A DNA stretch of 51,366 nucleotides, the filler included, from Catajapyx aquilonaris (Eukaryota): NCBI GenBank assembly GCA_000934665.2. It is 2 parts of 2 records of this genome, joined end to end, with 100 filler letters (N's around TTAATTAATTAA, not from the genome) between each part and the next. Parts side by side here need not be neighbours in the genome. Positions count along the whole stretch, not along the records: positions 1 to 25,730 come from JYFJ02005347.1; 1 more part is not named here. One strand, 5' to 3'. A model generated the notes under the pieces. It searched no databases. It saw nothing but the letters and a program-made list of their open reading frames with translations, and was not told where the DNA came from. Both the position numbers and the translations under genes were made by a program. Positions 1 to 9,685 of the stretch are shown here, piece after piece; within the stretch, counting starts at the first letter, position 1; every line of letters begins with the position of its first letter.

Positions 1-84
1 TAAATGTTGAATTCATGCAATTAACATTTTTGTGCCATGTAAATTAAGCTCACATAAATCTGAAAGTGTAAGTAATGCAACACA

Positions 85-1434
85 CTTGTATCACTTGCAT
101 CCCCAGGAATCCATGATATTCAGGAACTGTTATGGGATCCCAGTTCTTCATCTTTTTTTCTCTTCTTCCCATCCATACCGTCTTGCGTTGCACTCATGTT
201 TGTCTGTTCAACCAGCTGCGTCATGACTTTGTCATCTAAGAACATATGAAACAGTTCGAGTGGTTTCAACTCTCCATAGTTCTTGTTTTTGATGGCCCTA
301 TTGCCACCAGTAAATGGAATGTGTTCATTTTGGTTTATGAAGCTGGTTGTTTTTGTCCATGTCCATCCAGGTGCTCCTCCATTAGGCTGCTGCGTTGGAT
401 CATGCTCTGTTGCACCACCACGTCTGGCCTTGGGTGCAGAACCTGGACACGGGGCATCTTGCCTGGAAGTGCGGTGTTTTTTTTAAAGCCCGTCAATCAA
501 ATTGCTTGTATTATAATTTATTTTGCATAGCTGTGACATTGCAACATTGTGATATAATATTGTAAAACTATGCTATGTGTGAGGGCTAGTTTCACCGAGT
601 CAGTTTTATTATAAATCCTAGTTTCTTTTCGGAAAATCCTTAGTTTTGATTGTTGTCAACAATGATTGCTATGGCAATTCTTGAGCGAGCCCAGGTTGGT
701 GAAACCAGCCCTGCGTGTCTGTCCCATAATGCAGTTAGCATTAGCAGAAATTAATATATCCATGTACACTGTACAGTATATCTATTTATCTTATTACCTG
801 GAGGTGGATGGCTGAGGACTTGGACTACGTCTTGACATTACCTCTTGTCCATCACTCTCCTCCTCCATATCTTCCACATCTCCTTCAACCTACTCTGCCA
901 TACCTTCCACACCTCCGTCACCCTCTTCTCCACCATCAATCTCATCAACTAGCTCCGGATTATGCAACAGCAATGAGCCCATTTCCGCAGGTTCCAGCAC
1001 TTCAAATTCCATCTGCCGTGATAGGTCCTGGTCTTCACCATGTCGCAGGAGTACCTTCGAGGTACACAAGAGCAATACACAGGCGTTCCCTTTTACTCAC
1101 GTTTATTTCCAGAGTTCCCAAATACAACAGAGCTACGCCAACACACCTCTATTCCTTGTCGCCTCGCTTCTCCTTCTCCGCACCGGGCTCGTTCATCTCC
1201 TGCACCGCCATCTCCACATCCGCGTCGACGGGAGCAACCACCACAGGAGTGCCCATCTGCGGGGGCTCCAAGAGCTTCTCCAGTCTCTCGAACAAGGGCC
1301 TGGGCTGCCAACAGTTGAGCACGGGCAGCTTCCACTCTCTCCGGGATTGACGCCGCCGGATCAAGCACGGCGACCACCGGGTTAGGGGCAGGAGCTTGTA
1401 TCGTTAGCTGGGACTCTACTGAAGCCCCCATCAC
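85..1434 (-). pseudogene. piggyBac-like (PGBD, DDE_Tnp_1_7) transposase N-terminal part, intron-containing, degenerate; may continue past the left window edge
   Basis: Minus-strand translation of ~300-85 gives KPLELFHMFLDDKVMTQLVEQTN and, after a frameshift in an A-run, KNWDPITVPEYHGFLGMQVIQ. These match the piggyBac P.ELF.LF.DD....IV.ETN and W..VT..E...FLG motifs. An upstream acidic segment (DEIDGGEEGDGG...EDMEEESD) ends at a CAG|GTAATAAG donor near 798. Linkage of 800-1434 to the transposase is inferred. Confidence 0.65.
582..712. mobile_element. Small MITE with Harbinger-like TIRs inside the piggyBac-like intron
   Basis: AGGGCTAGTTTCACC (582-596) and GGTGAAACCAGCCCT (698-712) are 15-bp inverted repeats with 1 mismatch; the 3-bp TSD is imperfect. 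Confidence 0.45.
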
Positions 1435-1499
1435 TACTGCTGCTAAAGAGCTGGCAGTAGTGATGGGGGCTTCAGTAGAGTCCCAGCTAACGATACAAG
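1395..1499. repeat. Perfect 46-bp inverted repeat (hairpin), 13-nt loop
   Basis: 1395-1440 CTTGTATCGTTAGCTGGGACTCTACTGAAGCCCCCATCACTACTGC is the exact reverse complement of 1454-1499. Confidence 0.95.
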
Positions 1500-3446
1500 T
1501 TCAAACCTGCTCAATATTGCTTCAGATTTTTTAAGATACTGGTGTTTGAATTTTAACGCAGGAAATAATGGCTGCACCTCCACGTTCCGAAGACGATTAG
1601 TAATTAATTCTCGAATGTTGATTAGCATTGTGAGTTATTTTTTGTTTGTAATACTTAGAAAACTTATGAATGATGATGTCCATGTGGAAATATAGGCATA
1701 TTTTTTACTTTCCTTGTCTGAGGGTGGCGTTGAAATCGGGTGTCCCCTATGAGGGACACTCGGCAAATGCACCACAAATGGACCGGCAAGTCAAGCACCG
1801 GTACTCTAGGGTCTAGGCTACTGTATGCGCCAGGATTTTGTGCGTTTTGTCGAACTGAATTTTTATGAATCCCTATCAAACATTATCATGCATACAACCC
1901 CCCCCCCCCCCACCAACGACGTCTAGATCTGGTAAAACCTGTGTATAGCAGAATAGCACGGTGCCCTAGAAAAATCGAAATTGACAAGTTTCCGCTGAAA
2001 ATTACGATTTTCCTAGTCATCAGCACCAAACGGGAAAGAGTGGAAGTAATCTCTATCCACCTTGGTGGAAGTGAACGCTGCAACGCCGCAAAGCATTGTG
2101 GGCGGAGAGTGGGGAAGGAAAAAAAGTGGCGCTGTTGTTGCGGATCGCGCGCGAACCATTTAACGGTGTCGGATTAACGGTGTCGGATATACATAGTACG
2201 GTATATCAGCCGTTTCCGCTATATTCGACACGGTATTTCTGTCCTATACATACGCCCGTTCCCGGAAAAATTTCGCAATGGACAAGTTTTTGTAACACTC
2301 CGGGTACGTTGTCAGGCCCCTTCGTTACTTACCTCTAGGGCAAGGCCTGATCCATACTCCTCAGGAGGGTTCCAATAATAAGTACAAAGGTAATGATCAC
2401 TTACACTCCTTTATTCGCTCCTTACACTTTTTCCTCCTGCCCTTCACTCCTCACTATCCCCCAGGGTATCCCCCTTGCCGCCGGCCAGGGTAGCCAACAT
2501 ACATGCCATGCCTATGGCAATTCTCTTTCTCCATCTCTTCCTTCCAACGCCGCAGCTGAACCACCTCCTCCTGCAGCTGCAGCGCCTTCCCTGTACTTTC
2601 TGCACCAACTTGTCCGCCGACCCCTCCTCAACAACGATGCCCAACTTGATGGGATCCGCCCTCTGCTCTTCTTCCATGCGCCTTTTGTTTTCCATATACA
2701 AAATGCCGCTCCTCCATTTTAAATAGTGTCTCGGCGACAAAAAGTGCACTTGTGGCACATCCGGTCCCAACGAGCCCAGTACGATCCCGGGGCCGGACTC
2801 AGCCACCTCCTCCTCAGATGGTGCGGCATACGATGTCCCCGCGTGGTCGGTCCCCCTCGGTGGTTCATGTGGGCACGCCGCACAGTGGTCTCAATCGCAA
2901 AAAAAATGGCATAACTCGAAAAATTACTCTATCCTGACGAAAATCAGGAATCAGGGGTCTTCTTGGTCGTGGAATTCAAATCTGTTGAAAAAAAATTCAA
3001 AATTCAAAATGGCGGAGAGTTCAACATTAAATTAGTTTTATGGCGAAAACTTGAATCTGGGTTTTTTAGTGGTCGTGAAATTCTAATGTGTGATAAAATA
3101 TGCAAAAGTCAGTATTCCGACAGCTTCCCTTGTACTAAACCTCAAAAAAGTAAAGACTTGTACTGTATATAACCTATAAGTAGGCTGGTAAAATTAGTCG
3201 TACTAGGGAAATAATGATGTAGCCTAATTTATGAAGTGCCCGTGCAATTTCGTGCTCAATTTTGGCTCTGGCGACCTCCCACAACAACTGCCGCGTGCCG
3301 CCATTCCCATACAAATTACCACCAGTACTGAGCTTGAATATAATGAAAACGTTATTTGCATCATTACAGAAATTTTCTCTGAATTATCGTGGAGGTAGGG
3401 TGAAGCCTCGCGATGTTATCAGAAACAGTAATTTGTTGCTTACGCC

Positions 3447-5564
3447 TTAGTCGTCCTCTTGAGATTGTTCCCCACATGATTTGCTTTCATCTTCCATGCT
3501 GGTGTCATCAGTTGCCAATAATAGTTCTCCGACTTCCTTCCATACCTTCTTGAATGGCTTAGGCTTAGGCTTTTTCCTGTATGAAGAGATGACAGGGTCC
3601 GATGTCACAAGCAATATTTTGAGAAGGTCCTCGTTTGTAGCTGTGCGGGAGAGCTTTCTGGTGTGATGTTCCCTGTAGTATCGGTAGTCTTTGTTTCGGG
3701 CTTCCAGAGCTTCTTCAGAGAGGATGCCAACTGGTAGAGGAGCTTCCTCAATCAGCTGATGGCCGTGAACCAGAAGCCGATGCACTGATGCTGGCATATG
3801 GTACCACGGGTAATAGCGTACCAGCAGCTCTGCCGTTTCCAGAGCATACTTCTTGAATGCCCTCGAGTCAATGGGCTTGGCACTTGACACTGCCTGCAAA
3901 AGGACACTCATCCTGTGAATCACTTTCGCGTCGATTCCAGTAATTTCTGACGAAAGTGAGGGGTCGTCAAAAAAGCGCCTGGCGGTATTGCCATCATTGG
4001 TGTTTCCTCCTCCTTGCTTCACCATATCAACTAAAAGGCCAGTTTTTTTCCTGAAGCTTTCTTGGACATAACTTTTCTTTTGCCGCACAAATTGCTTTTC
4101 GTCCTTGTCTATAAAAATAAAACCAGATTAACAACGCATGCATTTAGTGACTTTTAGCCTAACTTGTTTCCAACAACCCAAAGTGTGCAATAATTTAGCC
4201 TCACCTGTAATTGCCCACTTTTTCACATCTAAACGATACGATACATGCAGCAGGTACTCCATGCATCTGATATGGGCATGTAGAGGTGATACTCCAAAGA
4301 GCAAACTCTTCTGGTCTACTGGCTTCTGCAGGACAGATGCAATGTCGTTCATCTCTCTCGGCAGAGCGTTACAATGAGGGCATCTTTGGCATGACTCGGT
4401 ATCCGTTACAACATTTCGAACTTTTCCGTCGATCATTGAGAGAACAAGATCATGACTCACAACAAATTCTTGGTCCAAATGCAGAAAGCGAGTTGTCTCA
4501 AGGGAAAGGATTTGGCTTTGTACATAGTCGTGCTCTTCTTGGATAACCTTGGTGGTTTCCTTCTTAAATCGAAATCTAATGGGGCGGCAGTGTCTCGTAG
4601 AATTTGCTCGTTCATTTGTCCACAGTACATGATCCCCTGACACCAATCTTAATGGTACCAGTGACGTGCTAAACATGTAGCAGTCACATGCATCCTTCTC
4701 CTCCAGTCTCTGTTTATATCGAGCTTGACCACTGCTACCGTCGAAGCCATACTTTGACGTCAACGTCAGTTATTGCCTTTGCACAGCACCCTCTGTCTCT
4801 CCTGGTAAACTCTGCACCAACCGTTTAGCTGTGACGTCCAAAAGCCCTTGAAGGCGTACTTCGGCGGATGTTTCTGTCACCTTTATAGTGTCATCAGGTG
4901 GGTAGCACAGTTTCTTGGCATGGAGGACATTCTTGTATGATGGGTAAATGTTGGAATTTCTGCCCTTTGCTCCAGTTCTCATCATAATATAAGCTGCCTT
5001 GGAAATGCGCATGTCAATGAGAAGCGCCAGCGCCTCTTCTGCAGTGTATGGTTGGACACTTTTCCCCTCTTTTTTCTCTTTCCATGCCTCTTTCACTTTC
5101 TGCGCCCGGGTTGGTGTGGTTTGAGTGGTTTCTTTCAACACACTAGCCTCTGCAATGAGCCCCGCAGCACGCAGGCTAACTTGAGTAGCATAAGCTAACT
5201 CTTGTACCGTGTGCTCTGCTCTCAATTCCTCGGTTTTGCGTCTTTTTGAGCGAATACTGCTCTCAGAGAAATCTTTCTGCGGACGACCAGTGGAAGTGCT
5301 TGGTTGATTAATGAAAAATACTTCATCACGGCCCAGCCACTCTGCGTACTTGGTAACAAATGTTGACTTTTTGCGACTCACCGACCCCCATCTCTTCTTG
5401 CACTCAGATATGAAAGTTTTTATGGTGACATCATGCTCACTGTCAAGAATTTCCTTTTTCAAAATTGTTTTCACAAATTCGTTCAACCGATCATGTTTAT
5501 CCTCCTCTTTGACATCGCAAATCGCCTCCCACAATTTTATGCGCGCTATATTTGTTAAAACCAT
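3447..5564 (-). pseudogene. Transib transposase (RAG1-core-like DDE), 2 coding exons (5564-4205, 4108-3447), one in-frame TAA at 4770-4772
   Basis: Motifs GRPQKDF..SKRRK, IYPSY...AKKLCYP, KYGFDGSSGQ (D1), SMIDGK (D2), CQRCPHC, SPLHAHIR, TNDGNTARRFF, SVHRLLVHG and LSEEALEARNK (E). A 96-bp intron 4204-4109 (GTGAGG...TTTTTATAG) splices in frame to give KKWAITDKDEKQFVRQKK. Total 2022 nt. Confidence 0.93.
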
Positions 5565-5649
5565 CGTCGCAGACTCGGTATGCAGAATGAGGCAACCTGA
5601 AATGTACGACCATTGGTTCGCTCAAATTACAGATTTATAGTCTGACCAG

Positions 5650-5936
5650 AAGCGAAAGAATTGGTGGGTTTTTCCCATCAACCCAAAAAACCCCACCGCC
5701 ACCCTACCCCCTCGAAAATGCCCCACTTCCCAACAATGTTAATCCGCAAAAGGGTTCGGAAAGGTCAGTTTAAAATATGACCACAGATCCACAATTACGG
5801 CAACGTCTCCTTTTAAACTGACCTTTCCGAACCCTTTTGCGGATTAACATTGTTGGGAAGTGGGGCATTTTCGAGGGGGTAGGGTGGCGGTGGGGGGTTT
5901 TGGGTTGATGGGAAAAACCCACCAATTCTTTCGCTT
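5650..5936. repeat. Long inverted repeat inside the Transib: 126-bp arms, 35-bp spacer
   Basis: 5650-5775 is the reverse complement of 5811-5936 with only 2 mismatches, at an A/C run boundary. Confidence 0.95.
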
Positions 5937-7469
5937 TAAAGCAATTTACTGCGTGCAGATTCAGGGACTTACTTTCAGGTTTTGTTCACAACGGCAACTC
6001 ACGCCTAACCACACTCCGACACGAACCATTCATGAAAGTACAAGTCTATCACAGTGTAGCCGTCTCGGTAGCTGTAGTACAACCCACTGGATAACACCCA
6101 CTGTCTGCATGACCACGGCACAATCCGACACTAACACTATCCATGGATAAGTACCACCAGTCTACCAGAGCGCATCCGTAGTACAACTCGCTATACTCAG
6201 GGAGACACTCACTGCTCATCAGTGTCATCACGGAACTGAGGCAAATTGAAGCTTTTCCCCAGCTTGGACCCTTTGGCGCCATGGCCAGGGTGACCAGGTG
6301 GATGACACGTATCCACATTTACTCGGACATGTAGGGGCAGTACACTCATAAGCTCCTATTGGTCCACAAAATGACGACCTATTGTGTGATTGGCTGATGC
6401 CTCACTGCCGTATATTCCCTGCAGGGACATGCATGTGAGGTTGGCTACCCTGGCTGACGCTCGGCTAGACTCACGGCTAGACTCCTGCGTGACGCGCCCA
6501 AGTGTCGCCGCAGGAAAAAAGCGCGCGTACTTACAAATCTGCACCTTTCCGCAGCCAATTTTGCTTCGCACGTGTGCATAATAGTCACAGAAAGACAATG
6601 ATGTAAAAATGGAGACCCCACCCCACCCCACCCATTTTGAAACTCGATGGCATTGAGGGACTTATCGGGAAATTTACCGAAAGGGATTCTTCTTTATTAC
6701 ACAACAATCTAGAATGGGATCGGTACATTTTTTTCCACTAATATGACTAATATATAATTGTATTCTGCCAACAAATAGTTATTATTATCCTACTGCAATC
6801 TTTTTTTTTTTACTTTCCGGTTATTTTTTAATAAGCTACTCGAAAGGCTCGGATTATGTTTGTATAAAGCGCGGAACTTCTGGCCATGAAAGAAGGCATT
6901 TTGCGACGCTGAAACCTAAAATAAATACTCCTCCGTGACGCTCCTGACAGTTCGGTACAACTCCTCGTGGTTCGTTGTCCCGTGTAATGGAATTCAAAAA
7001 GTTGGTTTTGCCTTTTTTTTGCGATTGAGACCACTGTGCGCCGGCGTCGTATCCAAAGCGATCTCACGACCCACGGCCAATCGTACATAGGGGTAATCAT
7101 GGGGGCAAGTATGATGCCCCTCAGGCATCTCCCCTATTTCTGCCGCTCCTTTCTGCCCATGGCCCCCCACTCCCCCCGATGACTTCCCCACGACCATGTG
7201 AGGAGCACCACCGCCGCGGCGAGCCCTCCAGGCCCCCCTGCCTCTCAAGTTGTTTGTTGAGTCCGCCATTTCCGCCACACCTCAAGACCCGAATCAAAGC
7301 ACGTCCTTTCTTCCCCAGACAAAGGATCTGTCAAACGTCCGCGTGCGTGCGCGACCTAATATATTTCTTTAGTTCAGAAATATGTATAGGTCCGAACACC
7401 TTATTCGACGTCGGGTTTCATAATAAATACGAAACGTCATGCACCCTTTTGACAACGTCGTATGGCCCA

Positions 7470-8790
7470 TCATACTTGTGTGCCAGTGCCTTCGCAAATC
7501 CATGTGCTGCTGCATACAATATCACAAAATTTCAGGTATCGCACCACAACCACAAAAAAATGATACAACTTCTGTATGGCATAAATTGGCATCTGTCCAA
7601 ACAAGGTATGCATTTTGTTCACAGGCAACAATGGTACCTGGTCCAATGATCTGTTTCTTATCGATTGAAAAAAAAAATAACACTCATAGATTAGGTGGTA
7701 CAACGTCCACTCAGCATTACTATTGCATAACGTGCACAACTCGTCTTGGGGGAAGCTGAATTTATAATCTAATACATAAAATGACACTGACATATTGCGG
7801 AGATTTGATATCAATCTGACCTGTGTGAGGGGGAGGGAGTAAAGGAGGTGTTGTGCCGCTCCGTAATCTGGAATTAGTTCTTGATAATAATTATATTTTG
7901 CTGACTCCTGCATATCTCCCAAATCTTGTTGGTGTGTTGAAATTATAAAATTATTTATTAACAATTTTTTTTTTTGCATTACCCCATATCTACACATATA
8001 TGGGGGGTGGATTACCACCATCGGGATTATTTTTGGAGCGAGTCAAGATTTAATCTTGTTAGTATGCTCCAAGGTAATTAGGAGGGGATGTGCAAAGTGC
8101 GTGTGCGCGGGCGAGTAGTGGTCATTTTGTGAACTCCCCCGGGTGGCTTAGTCTATCGGAAATTGCCACCCGAAACGAAGCCAGAGATGGCCCAACTCTG
8201 CACGAAAGAAGGTGGGAACCCCGGGTTGGGATTGAACCCGGGACCTTAACTTCCGTGGGCGCGCGCGTTACCGCGGCGCCACTCCGTCTCCCTTTATTTA
8301 TTAACAAATTGAAATTTGTATAATCTCCTTCTAACATCCAATCTTTCCATGGATATCCGCCCTGGCGGAACACCCCCTTCACCAAACCCACCCACTTAGG
8401 TTCAGGCTTAGCGTACATTGACCATCTTAAAGCTATTTTTGACCATCTGTCTTCAGGTAAATTCATTTTCACTATCATAAACTTAATTAATTGCTTGAAT
8501 ACGTTTATTATTAAGTTCCTACGCCCTGTTTCTAATCTCAAGTAATATCCTGTATAAGTCCACAAATAATGCGTATAATTTTCCCCTCTTTTTCGTCGTG
8601 ATGTACTTTTGTATTAGCATCGTTAAGACGAATATGTGATCTTGGCAACTTCTGTTCCGTCGAAATCCCGCCTGGTTCTCTGCTGAGGATCTTACTTTCT
8701 TCTACCCATCTCCGCATCCTAGTTTCCAGCAATGGCGTAAATATTTTTAAGAAATTGTTAAGTAATGAAATAGGAGGATAATTTTCTGGG
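7470..8790 (-). mobile_element. Degenerate non-LTR retrotransposon ORF2 fragments (RT start, post-RT region, C-terminal CCHC zinc finger)
   Basis: ENYPPISLLNNFLKIFT...RRWVEESKIL is NYRPISLL-like. YYLRLETGR and CTLCNSNAEWTLYHLIYEC are also present. Internally deleted, frameshifted and interrupted by a SINE. Confidence 0.8.
8090..8292 (-). mobile_element. tRNA-derived SINE
   Basis: The minus strand starts GGGAGACGGAGTGGCGCCGCGG (A box) ... GGTTCAATCCC (B box), followed by a non-tRNA body. Nested in the LINE. Confidence 0.75.
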
Positions 8791-9120
8791 TTCGTTTCTA
8801 AGCCCGCTTTGTGTCGCTTTGTGATCGAAGACCATATTGTGGGGATTTTGGCTGATGTCCCTGGTGGTGCTCCTGGTGGGGGCGGCGGAGGCGGAGGTGG
8901 CGGCCCCGGGGGTGGAGACGGAGGTGGGGAACTGTCAGATCCTGTCTGGGTGGCAGCTGATGAGCTGAGGAGGACAGGGTCCCCCACCAGGCATGCCGGA
9001 ACAAGGTGTCCTGAAAACAATTAAAATTTCATTAGGATGAATAGAAGCCACTGGGATTCGTCCCAAAGCCCTTAATATTTTTGAATCATTTGGAGGCCCT
9101 TGTCCTGGGATAAATTATGC

Positions 9121-9667
9121 AGATTTTTTAAAATTATTTTTATTATTTTTAATTTTAGTTACCCCTTAATGACCCTCAAGGGTCTTTCGGGGGACCTCCG
9201 CCAAACGGCCACATTACGTACATTTTAGTTTATCACAATTCACATAAATCAATAATTCGCCGAAGTCCTGAATTTTTTTTGTACAAGGCCAAAGCCAAGT
9301 CCCTTGTGGCCATGGAAAGCATCCAATGCAATCTATCTGGAGGAAAAGCTAACATACCACTCAAGAAGCTTAATTTTAATTGCGCTGTTTGTTTACATGT
9401 TACTAATTTGTGATGTAGAGTGAAAGGCTCCACTAAATTGCAGAGTTGACATCTCGAGTCCAAATCGAAAACAAATTGGTAACCTTTAAACCAAATCCGA
9501 GACGAATTGTGCCTCAAATTACACATCAACCTGAGTGCTGCAAGTGGGAGTTTCCAACTTAAATACTCCGTGGAAATTTCATTGTTTTTTAATTCCAAGT
9601 AATTACTATACGCAGCCTTAAGACTTAATCTCGAAAAATCATCGTTTATCCCCATTTCAGACAGCAA
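9121..9667 (-). mobile_element. 5'-truncated LINE 3' end (zinc finger, 3' UTR stem-loop, A-rich tail)
   Basis: CQLCNLVEPFTLHHKLVTC. The 3' UTR GTCCCCCGAAAGACCCTTGAGGGTCATTAAGGGGTA is followed by an A-rich tail. Confidence 0.75.
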
Positions 9668-9685
9668 ACACTAGTGAGGTAATAT

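Larger units (their letters stand above)
2881..7038 (-). mobile_element. Complete Transib DNA transposon (4158 bp)
   Basis: Perfect 26-bp TIRs CACAGTGGTCTCAATCGCAAAAAAAA (2881-2906 and 7013-7038). 5-bp GC-rich TSD CGCCG at 2876-2880 and 7039-7043. Encodes a RAG1-core-like transposase. Confidence 0.96.
2444..7269 (-). pseudogene. Unknown ~220-aa single-exon ORF split by the Transib insertion (parts ~7269-7039 and 2875-2444)
   Basis: Removing 2881-7043 joins ...ACG ACG CCG GCG to TGC CCA CAT GAA... in frame (2875-2806 = 69 nt), fusing ORFs 6994..7278 and 2444..2806. A minus-strand AATAAA lies at 2410-2415, about 30 nt after the stop. Confidence 0.45.

Noticed and set aside
808..1350. Plus-strand ORFs such as 808..1350, 14870..15319, 15322..15834 and 28607..29179 as genes
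   Set aside because: They are antisense shadows of GC-rich TE coding remnants or LTR sequence, with no recognisable domains.
2881..2925. True 12/23 RSS asymmetry in the TIRs
   Set aside because: The A-tract has the same spacing at both ends and nonamer matches are at best 6/9; there is no 23-bp spacer match.
2881..7038. ProtoRAG-type element with a RAG2-like partner gene
   Set aside because: Only ~560 bp lie 3' of the transposase and no kelch- or PHD-like ORF is seen. The transposase lacks RING/ZnA domains.
2291..7472. A ~1-kb TG...CA host element surrounding the Transib
   Set aside because: Only a 9-bp inverted match (ACGTTGTCA) and no TSD.
8215..8292. Functional tRNA genes (also ~31585-31657 and ~39275-39345)
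   Set aside because: A and B boxes continue into SINE bodies; two of the three have clear tails and TSDs.
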